A DNA stretch of 63,727 nt, filler included, from Octopus bimaculoides (GCF_001194135.2; 4 parts of 4 records of this genome joined end to end with filler, not necessarily neighbours in it); one strand, 5' to 3'; shown: positions 26,208 through 39,509, counted from the whole stretch's first letter. The notes: generated from the sequence alone by a model not told the origin. Numbers and translations are program-made.

Positions 26208-27040
26208 GGATCTTTCTGATTTCACGGGCAACACTTTTCATTTATGTTTTATGGAGTGTTTTTGGTACCGAAACACTTTCAAACTTCGTATACTTGTATA
26301 TTTTGTGTTATAGAACAGATAAAAAATTTTGTATTCGAAGTTATTTCATGTAAAAAAAATTGTCGTATTTCGGTAATTTCAACCAATCACTGGCGTCTAT
26401 TGAGGTGAAAACAATTACTGCCGTGGAATGTAACCAACATGTTCTAACGGTGTCATGGGATTTTTCCCTTGAATAAAATTAGTGCCGTTGTTTGTCAACA
26501 ACAACTATCCGTCGTACTGTTATTTATGACATCGTTCGTGCGTTTGTACTGGTTTTAGCTTTAGGGTTTTAAGGTTAGGGTTCGGGTTTTAGAGTTAGGG
26601 TTAGTTTTAGGGTTATGGTTCGGGTTATGATTATTTTTGCCATAACCTCACTCATAACCCTAACCCTAATCCCAAAACCCTATAACTCATAACCTTAACC
26701 CCAACTCTAACCCTAACTCCAAAACCCGAACCCTAGCCGTAAAACCTTAAAGCCTTACTAGGGAATAATGATATAATTAAACAGGGAATAACACTCTTGA
26801 CACCGGCAAAAATTATTGTTTACAAAAACAGCAGTAACTGTATTCAGCTGAATAGATGTCAGTGATTGGTTGAAATTAAAGAAATACGACAACTTTAACA
26901 TAAAATAACTTGCGATGTACAATTTTTTTTTAAGAAGGCTAAGAGAAAAAGATGTTTTATATGACACATTCTACCAGTGTCCCAAGTTTGAAAGTGTTTC
27001 GTTAAGAAAACAAGTGTTGCCCGTCAAATCAGAAAGATCC
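26208..27040. mobile_element. Non-autonomous foldback/MITE-like DNA element with internal telomere-like repeats
   Basis: 28-bp TIRs at 26208-26235 and 27013-27040 (1 mismatch). Inner inverted matches 26270-26286/26984-27000 (17/17) and 26375-26401/26851-26877 (25/27). No ORF. Confidence 0.88.
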
Positions 27041-27610
27041 TTTGCATTATTCCCGTTATTACTGGCGGTGGCACTGGCGGTGGTGACCAAAACCTTGTGA
27101 GTGGATTAGGTAGACGGAAACATATATATATATATGATTATGGTTCCATTACAAATCAGGCTGAAGAGAAATAGACAGTCGGTAAGATTGTTAAATTTGA
27201 AACCGGTACCTGTTTAATAATGTTCCTTTTCGGTGATTTTAAATGTCTTGCCCGCTTACGTTTTGGTATCACGCTATATTTCATGTTGAGAACAATTTAG
27301 GTCTTTTTAGACACAAGATGTGATCTATTTCTAGCACATTAAATGTCCACGTTAGTGGTCAACGTCATATATAAAAATGTACTTTAATCCCCTGAGATTG
27401 CAGATACTGTTTCTGAATCTCTTTGATTCTTTAAATGTGCTAGCTTCCTGGTAATTAATCGATATTAATTAATATATGATTTTTTGCCATTTTTTAACNN
27501 NNNNNNNNNNNNNNNNNNNNNNNNNNNNNNNNNNNNNNNNNNNNNNNAGATAGATAGATAGATAGATAGATACATACATACATACATACATACATACATA
27601 CATGCATACA

Positions 27611-27642
<32 letters not shown>

Positions 27643-27995
27643 GATATAAATATATATTGCCTGTATTAATTATCCCTCACTAACAACTACACACACACAC
27701 TTACACACACACACACACACACACACTCACACACACACACACACACACACGCATGCACGTACGTATGTATGTATGCATGTATATATATGTACATATTTTT
27801 ATTTGATCAGTAGATGCTACAAAGTGACTCAAGGGTCGACAGTTTCGTCCATTGGCACTTAACGAAGTTTGGTAAGTGTCAATGCACAAAACTTTCCGTC
27901 TCTAACATGTAGCGATTATATAAATATATATATTCAGTGTCTTGTGTTCTATTTTCCTATTTTAATTATGAAACGTATATACGTGTATGTATTGT

Positions 27996-28051
<56 letters not shown>

Positions 28052-28212
28052 GAGAGAGAGACAGAGAGAGAGAGAGAGANNNNNNNNNNNNNNNNNNNNN
28101 NNNNNNNNNNNNNNNNNNNNNNNNNNNNNNNNNNNNNNNNNNNNNNNNNNNNNAGAGAGAGAGAGAGAGACAGAGAGAGAGAGAGAGACAGAGAGAGAGA
28201 GAGAGACAGAGA

Positions 28213-28243
<31 letters not shown>

Positions 28244-28708
28244 TTGCATTCTGAACAGTCATCCGGTGCAGGGTTTGAAGTTGGACTTCCGAGGTCGAAT
28301 CGATAGGAAGCTGGCATACGCCTTAAATATGTGGGGTGAAGACAATAAACATTAAGAAGGACAACACAGAAAGATCCAAGTTTAATAACTAGGGTATTAG
28401 TTTCACGCTTCAATGAAAAGAATGTCCTTACATTCCGGGCACGAAGGCGATCTTCTTTATTGAAGCGTTAAAGCAATATTAGATTTCTCTAAATTTGTTT
28501 CTTTCGTGTCAACGTTTTGAATGTTTTTAGTCTCTATATGCGTGTGTGCGTGTACACGCATGCTGTGTGTGTGCGTGTTTGAGTGTGTGTATGTGTGTGT
28601 TTGTGTATGCGCGCGCGCGTGCGTGCGTGCGTGTGTGTTGCTGTTTAAAGATCTATGAGGATAGAAAAGCAAAGCATTCATATATCTTGATAATAGCGTG
28701 GGAGTCGT

Positions 28709-28766
<58 letters not shown>

Positions 28767-28767
<1 letters not shown>

Positions 28768-28980
28768 CCTTTCTACAAGAGGCACGAACCCTGAAATTGC
28801 TGGGGAGAGGGTTAGTCAATTACATCGACACCACTAACCAACTGGTACTTATTTCAACGACCCCAAAAGGATGAAAGGCAAAGTTGACCTCGGTGTAATT
28901 TGAACTCAGAATGTAAAGACGGACGAAATACCGCTAAGCATTTCGCCCGGCGTGCTAATGATTCTGCCAGCACATTGCCT
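28767..28980 (-). mobile_element. Family B SINE between (ATT)n and (TAA)n tracts
   Basis: Colinear with the other family B copies. Confidence 0.85.
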
Positions 28981-28983
28981 TAT

Positions 28984-29039
<56 letters not shown>

Positions 29040-29567
29040 NNNNNNNNNNNNNNNNNNNNNNNNNNNNNNNNNNNNNNNNNNNNNNNNNNNNNNNNNNNNN
29101 NNNNNNNNNNNNNNNNNNNNNNNNNNNNNNNNNNNNNNNNNNNNNNNNNNNNNNNNNNNNNNNNNNNNNNNNNNNNNNNNNNNNNNNNNNNNNNNNNNNN
29201 NNNNNNNNNNNNNNNNNNNNNNNNNNNNNNNNNNNNNNNNNNNNNNNNNNNNNNNNNNNNNNNNNNNNNNNNNNNNNNNNNNNNNNNNNNNNNNNNNNNN
29301 NNNNNNNNNNNNNNNNNNNNNNNNNNNNNNNNNNNNNNNNNNNNNNNNNNNNNNNNNNNNNNNNNNNNNNNNNNNNNNNNNNNNNNNNNNNNNNNNNNNN
29401 NNNNNNNNNNNNNNNNNNNNNNNNNNNNNNNNNNNNNNNNNNNNNNNNNNNNNNNNNNNNNNNNNNNNNNNNNNNNNNNNNNNNNNNNNNNNNNNNNNNN
29501 NNNNNNNNNNNNNNNNNNNNNNNNNNNNNNNNNNNNNNNNNNNNNNNNNNNNNNNNNNNNNNNNNNN

Positions 29568-29718
<151 letters not shown>

Positions 29719-29751
29719 TGATGATGATGATGATGATGATGGTAATAATGG

Positions 29752-29868
29752 TTTCAAATTTTACCTCAAGGGCAGCAACCCTGAGGGAGGAGATAAGTCG
29801 ATTACATCGACTCCAATGTTTCACTGGTACTTAGTTTATCGACCCTGAAATGATGAAAGTCGGGGCAA
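29752..29868 (-). mobile_element. Family B SINE 3' half
   Basis: AAGTCGATTACATCGAC...GGTACTTAGTTTATCGACCC...GATGAAAG. Confidence 0.7.
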
Positions 29869-29874
29869 AAGATG

Positions 29875-30706
29875 AAGGGTCAATACAAAGACAGAATTAA
29901 AGTGGGGTGGGATTTACATATAATGAAATGATTAAAAAAAGGGTAAGTATACATGGTATACACTGAAAAACAAAAAGGGACATATTCATAGCATACAAAG
30001 GTTAAAAAAATGTGGCGGGGAGGATGATAGAGATGTGGCCCTCCTGATGCAGGAATGCCTTTTGGGATAATCGAGGAACCCCACTGTCTGAGATTTCCCT
30101 GAAACCCCAGGAGCAAGTCTCCTCTCCAATTCCTTCTCTCTGACCCACAGGTCTACACTTAGAAACGTACCATCCACTCTTGCCATTTTTGCAACCTTCA
30201 CTCAACTTTCAATAAACTCACTCAAGCACAGCATTTCCCTCACCACTCTCAATTTCCTTTTCAAGAGAAACTTGAAGAAGTCAATGTGAGCTCTACCAAA
30301 GAGGAATGTATCTGTCCACCAAACAACATCTTTCGCCACAACCACCAAGCAAAGAAAATCTGCCTTGCCTTCCTGATTGAAGGAGGATTGCAGCGCGATC
30401 ATCACTCCAGATTCGGTCGACAGATGGATCCGTCCCACACATGACAGCAGCTGTTCGACATAACCCCACAAGTCAGCAATGCCCGGACACTGAACGGTTT
30501 CGTCACTGCGCGCACCTCGGACAAGCCCATCTGACAGCACATCCGTACCTGTAGAGTTTATCTTGCACCCCGGTAGCACTGCCAGGCCAATGACATCTGG
30601 AAATTATCCATGATAGTTCCCGACCTGGAAGTCCTCCGGAACAGACTAATCAGTTCGTTATCGTCGGCGCCCACTCATGATAGTCAAAAATGCTGACTGA
30701 TTTCGT
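29875..30706 (-). mobile_element. Tx1/L1-like LINE 3' fragment (C-terminal zinc-binding region plus 3' UTR), cut by a gap
   Basis: LAWQCYRG...DKLYRYG; ETVQCPGIADLWGYVEQLLS; AKDVVWWT; FFKFLLKRKLRV. Clade assigned by resemblance. Confidence 0.7.
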
Positions 30707-31781
30707 NNNNNNNNNNNNNNNNNNNNNNNNNNNNNNNNNNNNNNNNNNNNNNNNNNNNNNNNNNNNNNNNNNNNNNNNNNNNNNNNNNNNNNNNNNNNNN
30801 NNNNNNNNNNNNNNNNNNNNNNNNNNNNNNNNNNNNNNNNNNNNNNNNNNNNNNNNNNNNNNNNNNNNNNNNNNNNNNNNNNNNNNNNNNNNNNNNNNNN
30901 NNNNNNNNNNNNNNNNNNNNNNNNNNNNNNNNNNNNNNNNNNNNNNNNNNNNNNNNNNNNNNNNNNNNNNNNNNNNNNNNNNNNNNNNNNNNNNNNNNNN
31001 NNNNNNNNNNNNNNNNNNNNNNNNNNNNNNNNNNNNNNNNNNNNNNNNNNNNNNNNNNNNNNNNNNNNNNNNNNNNNNNNNNNNNNNNNNNNNNNNNNNN
31101 NNNNNNNNNNNNNNNNNNNNNNNNNNNNNNNNNNNNNNNNNNNNNNNNNNNNNNNNNNNNNNNNNNNNNNNNNNNNNNNNNNNNNNNNNNNNNNNNNNNN
31201 NNNNNNNNNNNNNNNNNNNNNNNNNNNNNNNNNNNNNNNNNNNNNNNNNNNNNNNNNNNNNNNNNNNNNNNNNNNNNNNNNNNNNNNNNNNNNNNNNNNN
31301 NNNNNNNNNNNNNNNNNNNNNNNNNNNNNNNNNNNNNNNNNNNNNNNNNNNNNNNNNNNNNNNNNNNNNNNNNNNNNNNNNNNNNNNNNNNNNNNNNNNN
31401 NNNNNNNNNNNNNNNNNNNNNNNNNNNNNNNNNNNNNNNNNNNNNNNNNNNNNNNNNNNNNNNNNNNNNNNNNNNNNNNNNNNNNNNNNNNNNNNNNNNN
31501 NNNNNNNNNNNNNNNNNNNNNNNNNNNNNNNNNNNNNNNNNNNNNNNNNNNNNGCATACGCATTAACATACATGCAGACAGCCCAAGTGTGTCCTACTTT
31601 AGTGCGGAACAGAGATTGAGTATGTTATTACGCCAAATTTAAAAACACAGAAGACATTTGCTAAAAGGCATTTGTGCGAAGAACGCATATATGACCTATT
31701 AAATGACATGTTACATTTGTCTGTGACTCATTACCACATTAATTAAAAGAGACCGACGCAATGGGACTTGCCTTATACACG

Positions 31782-31826
<45 letters not shown>

Positions 31827-31861
31827 GCACACATACACACACTCACATGTATGTATGTGTA

Positions 31862-32433
31862 TCTTCTCTTTCTCTTTTTAATTTAAAGTAAATTTTAACC
31901 GGCCACCTACTTGGTAGCAATGTTGTGAAGAAAAGTATCATGATTAAACCGTCATCCTTTAAATCCCAATGTCTTGCAGATTTTTATAGTCCCAGATATC
32001 ATCGCGACCTTTTGTAGCTTATGTATTAAGAATTTGCATTCTCTCCTCAAGATTCCAAGTTCAGCTATACTCTGCTCCAGACGGGTTGCTACGTATTCTG
32101 TTGCTCCAATGATAACAGGCATGAAGCTGAAAGTGTATCTTGGCAACTGGATTTGCAAACTCATTATCAATGGTCCATAGAGGTACTCTTTTGTATTTTT
32201 CTTACCGCATTCGTGTCTCGAGGGTAGCTGATTACCACAACGGAACATATCTTTTCCCACACAACAATATCAGGCCGGTTGTGCTTTAATTTGGTGGCCG
32301 TTTTAATTTTCAAATTCCACCAGTATTTTTTTGACCCATTGATTTCAATATGGTCAGCTTCGTTCGTAGCCATTCTCTTTTTTTGTTATCCTCTTCCAGA
32401 CCATTCTGGCCACCGTATCATGACTCATGATTG
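31862..32433 (-). mobile_element. 5'-truncated RLE non-LTR retrotransposon flanked by (TACA)n
   Basis: SHDTVARMVW, WWNLKIKTATKLKHNRPDIVVW, FMPVIIGA and KLQKVAMISGTIKICKTL. Both ends abut CATA repeats. Confidence 0.85.
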
Positions 32434-32724
32434 ATGTATGTATGTATGTATGTATGTATGTATGTATGTATGTATGCACAGGATGTTCGGGCTATCAAAT
32501 GCACACCCTTATGATCTTGAGCCAAACACTGTAACCAGTCGATCAAGTGCCGTCACTCATACACACGTTTATACATACATACCTGGGTAGACATATATAT
32601 ATATATATATTCTAAGACGTGAAATGATGTAAGGGAGAGAGGCATAAACTTCGTTACTTATCACTCCTAAAACCATCACAGTTGCTACTAACTTAGCGTG
32701 CAATACTCCGGGACATAAGAAGTA

Positions 32725-33200
32725 TATTCATTTCTCGGCTTACGCGTTTGGTCTTGGTCGAAGTTTTTATCGTTTGAGAAGAGCCAAAGCGTGCCATGTT
32801 CATGAAGGTTTTAAACCTTGTTAAGTAACCACTTTGCACAGATCAAACAGTTTTCCTGGGTCCTTGCGGACATGACTTGGTCTCTCCTCAGTACATGCGA
32901 CTTTTGTCGAATGTCTTCTTGCATCACAGTTGTAATAGTCCACTCCGACACCTGAAGTTCTTTGGTTTTCTGAGCTCATCACCGATAACGTTTTGAACCC
33001 GTTAGATGTAATTGCATGTCCTTATAGTGACTGAACTATAATTTTTTTCTCTTTTTGATACAACTGAAACATTCCCATCAGAAGCTTCCATTTCCTTCTG
33101 AACTTTGTGTACAAAGCATCTTGCAACATTAAGAAAGTTGACCACATCTAAATTGTTGTTTTCTGTACACATGCCAACAATGGCTGCATATTTTCATTTC
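32725..33200 (-). mobile_element. Mariner-like (DD37D-type) transposase N-terminal relic
   Basis: Minus strand VSEWTITTVMQEDIRQKSHVLRR...KWLLNK...LWLFSNDKNFDQDQ (degenerate FSDEKNF first-Asp motif). Confidence 0.72.
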
Positions 33201-33329
33201 TTGTATTGGCATTTTATCTGCTATGTGTGATCTGAAGGAAACAAGAACATTTCAATTGGTTCGAAGAGAATAATATACTGATACTTGTCCTCAAATATCC
33301 CTTGGACCCTTTATATATGGTTTTTAAAT

Positions 33330-33586
33330 ATATTGTTCACGGCGCAAACGGGAGTCCAGATGGCTCCTGTGCAAGGACAATCCGAATACGGACAGGTGTT
33401 GCAAAGAGTGACCGTTAGAGCGGAAGTGGCGTGCGGCGTGTCATTGCCAAGGCGGATGTCTCGGAGGTGTTCCGCGAACCGGTCAGCCAAGCGGCGCCCC
33501 GTTTGTCCGATGTACAGAGAATGGCAGAGAGAGCAGGAGGTGCAATAGATGATATTGGTAGAAGTGCAGGTGAAGGAGTTGGTGAT
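33330..33586 (-). mobile_element. Penelope-like element GIY-YIG endonuclease fragment
   Basis: Minus strand SFTCTSTNIIYCTSCSLCHSLYIGQTGRRLADRFAEHLRDIR, then ARHFRSNGHS after a frameshift; truncated by a gap. Confidence 0.88.
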
Positions 33587-33686
33587 NNNNNNNNNNNNNN
33601 NNNNNNNNNNNNNNNNNNNNNNNNNNNNNNTTAATTAATTAANNNNNNNNNNNNNNNNNNNNNNNNNNNNNNNNNNNNNNNNNNNN

Positions 33687-33749
<63 letters not shown>

Positions 33750-34242
33750 TACGTATATGTACGTATACGGCAGGTGACGGTGTGACTATATGGTAAGAAG
33801 TTTGTTTCCTATCCACATGGTTCCAGTTTCAATACTGAGTCTGGAAGAATAATGTTACAACTTTTTTTTTTACCCTAATAGTATTATGCACACAAATACA
33901 CACATATATGTAGAGATGCACATATGCACTGAAAAGCAAACACATTAACACGTACTCAATATCACACATGGCAACAGATGCAATATAAGCCTACATAAAG
34001 CAGGGAAGCTATTGCCTGAACAGCTGACCATCTAGAAATAGCAGTTAAATCTGTTTCCTAAATCACATTCTACTTGTCCTTTTTTGAAAATATCAAATTG
34101 GATGTTGTGACTCTAAAAGGGTGTTCACTTTAGGAAAGCCTTTAACGAAAGGTGTCGTTGATCATGGCTGATCTACGGCTAAAGAACAATACATTCTCTA
34201 TATCAACTGTACATACTAGCAAATAAATACCGTACACCTTTA

Positions 34243-34325
34243 TACGAGGGTTGGCTGAAAAGCTCAAAAGTTGACCAAGATACTTTCATGGAGCATGACC
34301 AAATGAGGTTTATTTTTCAAAGCAT
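34243..34325 (+). mobile_element. Possible mariner TIR remnant
   Basis: TACGAGGGTTGGCTGAAAAG resembles mariner TIRs after a TA; no partner visible. Confidence 0.35.
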
Positions 34326-34328
34326 ATT

Positions 34329-34382
34329 TTGCTACCAAATAGGTGGCCAGTCGAAGTTGACTCTAAATTAAAAGAGAAAAAG
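34329..34382 (+). mobile_element. 3'-UTR tip of the 31862-32433 RLE family
   Basis: TTGCTACCAAATAGGTGGCC...TAAATTAAAAGAGAAAAAG matches the reverse complement of ~31862-31921; followed by TACA-rich repeats. Confidence 0.75.
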
Positions 34383-35025
34383 TACATACAGATATACAGA
34401 CACACATATACATACATACACACATACATATATAAATATATACATACATACATACATACATACATACATACATACATACATAATACATACGTACATATAA
34501 TTCTTAGTGGCGATAAACGATTACTGCATATCCGTAATTGACGACGTGCAACGACGCAGAAACGCATGCAATCCACAATCCAATAACTTCCTTCATAATC
34601 TAATGATGCGTTATCACTCATATTATTTACAAGGAGAATATTTTTCTCTAGAGACAATTTCTATAGCATGTCTCTTCTGCGTCCGAGTGTTTAGGAACAT
34701 GCAAAACATGATTGCACATGCTTATAATTACCGTCTGCCATTTACTCTGTTACGCAACTGCTTCGACGAACCCATAATGCTGCCATATATTATCAAGTTT
34801 CCTTATAGACTGAAGACCACATATGAGTCGAAGAGATCGTGAATGAATGCACGTAAATCAAGCTGAAAGTGTATTAGGCATCGTGTGAAAACTTACCTTT
34901 CTCCACGTTACAATTTCCCTCTCACACATTTTTACATTCTTACACTCTAATATCATCGATTCTGCTATGCCAAACATCTAGCACATAATTTACATTTTAG
35001 ATATATTAAAGCATGCATATTTCTA

Positions 35026-35429
35026 TACTCTTTTACTCTTTTTTTACTTGTTTCAGTCTTTTGACTGCGGCCATGCTGAAGCACCGCCTTTTAGTCGAGC
35101 AAATCGACCCAGGACTTATTCTTTAGAAGCCTAGTACTTATTCTATCGATCTCTTTTGCCGAACCGCTAAGTTACGGGGACATAAACACACCAGCATCGG
35201 TTGTCAAGCGATGTTGGGGGGACAAACACAGACATACAAACATACACACACACATACATATATATATACATATATACGACGGGCTTCTTTCAGTTTCCGT
35301 CTACCAAATCCACTCACAAGGCTTTGGTCGGCCCGAGGCTATAGTAGAAGACACTTGCCCAAGATGCCGCGCAGTGGGACTGAACCCGGGACCATGTGGT
35401 TGGTAAGCTAGCTACTTATCACACAGCCA
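35026..35429 (-). mobile_element. Family A SINE, near full length with internal (TG/TA)n
   Basis: Head TGGCTGTGTGATAAG...GGTTCAGTCCCACTGCG; central microsatellite; tail ...GACTGAAACAAGTAAAA. Confidence 0.9.
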
Positions 35430-35992
35430 TTCATTTCTTATTTCTTTGTTTTTTTTTATGATAATGCCGAGGGAATGCATATTATGTAATAATAGCAACT
35501 GACTTACGTAAAACCGGTAACTCATTTGCCGAAACAGGTGCACATTACATAAAGTCTAAAATACAAATTAGTTTTCTGTGTTTATCATCTTAGCTATTAC
35601 ATTTAGCAGACAGATTTACTGCTTCATAAAGCTCAAAAAGAAGGATTATCAGTGGATAAATATAAATGAGATACACAGGAGCTGTTTTTTATCGAAGTTG
35701 ACGTAAAAATACGATGCAGTTTCAAAAAGTAAAATTATTGATCTGACAAATATATATCAATAAAATAAATGGAGTGATAGAAATATGTACTGAAGTTAAT
35801 GCGATCGATTAAGTCATTGAAGGCATTGCCTAGCGTGGCCGCAGTTCAGTGACTCAAACCAATTTTAAAAAACCACACACGTATACACATATACATAAAT
35901 GTATAAGAATACAAATACTCAAATACACATTCATTCACACACACACACACGCGTGCGAGCGTGCGCGCAGATACGCACATGCACGCACGCAG

Positions 35993-36034
<42 letters not shown>

Positions 36035-36331
36035 ATATTTATGCATATATTTGTCTTTGTATGTGTTTGGGTTGTGTATGTGCTTGTGTTTGTGCATGTG
36101 TATGGGTGTGTGTGCGTGTGTGTTTCCAATGCGCCGTTATCGCGAATCTCACTATATTTTGCCTAAAAAATATGTGTGTATGTATTTGGATTTCTACATA
36201 CACAGGTATGTGTGTGTGATCATGTGTGTTTGTGTATCTCTGCGCATATGACTGTGAATTTGTGTGTAGCTATTTATCTATTTATCTCTCTGTTTCTCTG
36301 TCTCTGTCTGTCTCTCTCTCTCTCGCCCTCT

Positions 36332-36362
<31 letters not shown>

Positions 36363-36404
36363 ACTTTATCTCTCTCTCTCTAGATCGCTGACCACAACAC
36401 ACAT

Positions 36405-36560
36405 TTTTTCTCTCCTTGTTCCTCTCCTTGTTTCTTTCTGTGTTCCTTTCTGTGGAAGAGCGTAGACTCGAAACGTTAAAGACGTTTTCAATTCCCGAGC
36501 GTTATACTAATACATCTGTTTGTTTTCTACACCACCTGTCTTCGTCTGTGCATTGTTTGT
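36405..36560. mobile_element. Possible Penelope terminal-repeat relic
   Basis: GAAGAGCGTAGACTCGAAACGTT resembles the hammerhead-like motif of Penelope terminal repeats; resemblance only. Confidence 0.35.
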
Positions 36561-36590
36561 TTTTGTTTTTTTTTCGACTACACAATAAAG

Positions 36591-37478
36591 TAGGGTCATT
36601 TGGGCACCGTCTATAAGAAAAACAGTATCATGGCGCAATTCACTCTGCCAGAAATTAGACACGACATTCTGTACGGCTTGGCATTCGCGCCAGAAGCTCC
36701 AATACGAACATTTCAGAGGGCTTGGGTGTCAATCCGAGGACAGAGCAGCGGATTGAGATAGTGTTGGATGAGCTAATGCTGATTGCGATGGTATTTCGAG
36801 TGATCACTAGTAATGGCGACTTTATGCCTCCATTCATCTCCTCACACAGCTTCAGACTCAACACGGAGGCCTATCGAGTACCTGGAGGGCATAGTGCTGC
36901 CCTGGTTCAAGTGGATGACTGCTGGATGAGCCTATGTCTGGCAAGAAGACTCTGCACCATGCCACACAAGCAGGAAAATCCAGTCAAGGCTGTCAGACAA
37001 TTTTTGCGACCACATCACCCCTAATATCTGGCCACCTAACTCCCCAGACTGCATCACCCTTCATTATTATGTGTGGGGCGCAGTTGAGCGAGAGACCAAC
37101 AAAACTCCTTGTAACACTAAAGATGAACTGAAGGCAAGGATTATGGCAGCATTCACCAACGTAAACAAGGAGACCGTCCAGAAGAATTGCAGAAGATTCC
37201 GAATTCGTCTCGAGGCCGCGGTAGGAACCAATGGTGATTTTATTGAATAAATTTACTGTTTAGCATTTCATGATATTTTTGTGTAATTTTGGTAAATATA
37301 TCTTACAAAGAATAAGTCCTGGGACCGATTTCTTCGACTAAAGGCGGTGCTGCAGCATGGCCGCAGCCAAATGACTGAAACATATGAAAGAATGAATGAA
37401 TAAAAGAATATCTGTTAAAATGAGATGTCAATGTTATTTTTTGCATAATTTAGACGACAATTTAATCACCGCACCCTA
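36591..37478 (+). mobile_element. Internally deleted DD37D (maT-type) Tc1/mariner transposon
   Basis: Frame 36933-37250 reads YVWQEDSAPCH...WPPNSPDCITLHYYVWGAVE...GDFIE*. 37 residues separate the second Asp from the third catalytic position (here His). ATG at 36630; putative right end ...CACCGCACCCTA. Confidence 0.85.
37311..37409 (+). mobile_element. Family A SINE 3' fragment inserted in the mariner 3' region
   Basis: TTACAAAGAATAAGTCCTGGG...GACTGAAACA; ATATC lies on both sides (possible target-site duplication). Confidence 0.8.
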
Positions 37479-38541
37479 TGTGTGTATATACAGGCAGACA
37501 TATTTACGCACACACACACACACGCACACAGACACACACTCACATAACACATATTCATACACACATATATATTCATGTATGTACATGTGTATGCATATAT
37601 ATATATGTATATATATATTTTCATGTATGTATATATATATATATATCTATATTTATTTATACGTGTGTGCATCTGTGTGTGAGTATGCATAAGTGTGTTA
37701 GTATATGTATGTATATCTATGTATGCACGTATTTGTGTATGCATGTATGCACGTATTTGTGTATGCATGTATGCATGTATGTGTGTATACGCCAACGGAC
37801 ATACGCACCCACATGGACTCAATGAACTGAGAAATACTAGAAAAGACAGACGCCATTTGGGAATCCCCGTTTGAAACGTCTTCCATATTTGACATAAGTC
37901 GATCCCTCAGAATGAATTAAGCTAATGAAGAATGACAGTTTTTATTGGATTTCATGCTTTACAGAGGAGCTAGAAACCCCTCCTGGTTTGGGGGCATGGC
38001 TTCGCTAATTGGTTTACGTATTTAGCGATGGAAAAAGAAGAAAAATAAAGTAAACAAATAGATATGTAATTCGAACTCACCAAATATTTAGTTAAGAAAT
38101 AAGTAAGGTAACAATGGAAGTTAGAGAGGAAAAATTACAACTGAGGGATCTGGCTCGAAGGGATTAGTCATAAAGAGGCATTTCTGTATATGTGTGTGTA
38201 TTTGGCGATAGTGGTGGTGATACGAATGTATGGATGTGTGTGTGTAAATATGTATGTATATATGTATGTGTGTTTGTATGTATGAGTTTGGTTGGTCATG
38301 TTAGTGGTAGTGATGGTGTTGCGTGCGCATGTGTAGTGTACGGGTATTAATATATCGATCTATTGATAGATACAACGATAAACACAAGCAGCAAAAGAAA
38401 ACGCAAATTGTTACAGATCGATACATACGTGCATACATAAACGCATACACACATGAATATATATATATATATATTTCCACACACACACCTATGTATATAT
38501 TTATATATACGTATATATTTATGTATGTTCATATTTGTACA

Positions 38542-38572
<31 letters not shown>

Positions 38573-38583
38573 CTATATATTTA

Positions 38584-38626
<43 letters not shown>

Positions 38627-39464
38627 ATACACACACNNNNNNNNNNNNNNNNNNNNNNNNNNNNNNNNNNNNNNNNNNNNNNNNNNNNNNNNNNNNNNNN
38701 NNNNNNNNNNNNNNNNNNNNNNNNNNNNNNNNNNNNNNNNNNNNNNNNNNNNNNNNNNNNNNNNNNNNNNNNNNNNNNNNNNNNNNNNNNNNNNNNNNNN
38801 NNNNNNNNNNNNNNNNNNNNNNNNNNNNNNNNNNNNNNNNNNNNNNNNNNNNNNNNNNNNNNNNNNNNNNNNNNNNNNNNNNNNNNNNNNNNNNNNNNNN
38901 NNNNNNNNNNNNNNNNNNNNNNNNNNNNNNNNNNNNNNNNNNNNNNNNNNNNNNNNNNNNNNNNNNNNNNNNNNNNNNNNNNNNNNNNNNNNNNNNNNNN
39001 NNNNNNNNNNNNNNNNNNNNNNNNNNNNNNNNNNNNNNNNNNNNNNNNNNNNNNNNNNNNNNNNNNNNNNNNNNNNNNNNNNNNNNNNNNNNNNNNNNNN
39101 NNNNNNNNNNNNNNNNNNNNNNNNNNNNNNNNNNNNNNNNNNNNNNNNNNNNNNNNNNNNNNNNNNNNNNNNNNNNNNNNNNNNNNNNNNNNNNNNNNNN
39201 NNNNNNNNNNNNNNNNNNNNNNNNNNNNNNNNNNNNNNNNNNNNNNNNNNNNNNNNNNNNNNNNNNNNNNNNNNNNNNNNNNNNNNNNNNNNNNNNNNNN
39301 NNNNNNNNNNNNNNNNNNNNNNNNNNNNNNNNNNNNNNNNNNNNNNNNNNNNNNNNNNNNNNNNNNNNNNNNNNNNNNNNNNNNNNNNNNNNNNNNNNNN
39401 NNNNNNNNNNNNNNNNNNNNNNNNNNNNNNNNNNNNNNNNNNNNNNNNNNNNNNNNNNNNNNNN

Positions 39465-39499
<35 letters not shown>

Positions 39500-39509
39500 T
39501 ATATACATA

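Noticed and set aside
26551-26750. Chromosome telomere-fusion site
   Set aside because: The repeats are enclosed by matching TIRs and longer inverted arms, so the palindromic element explains them better.
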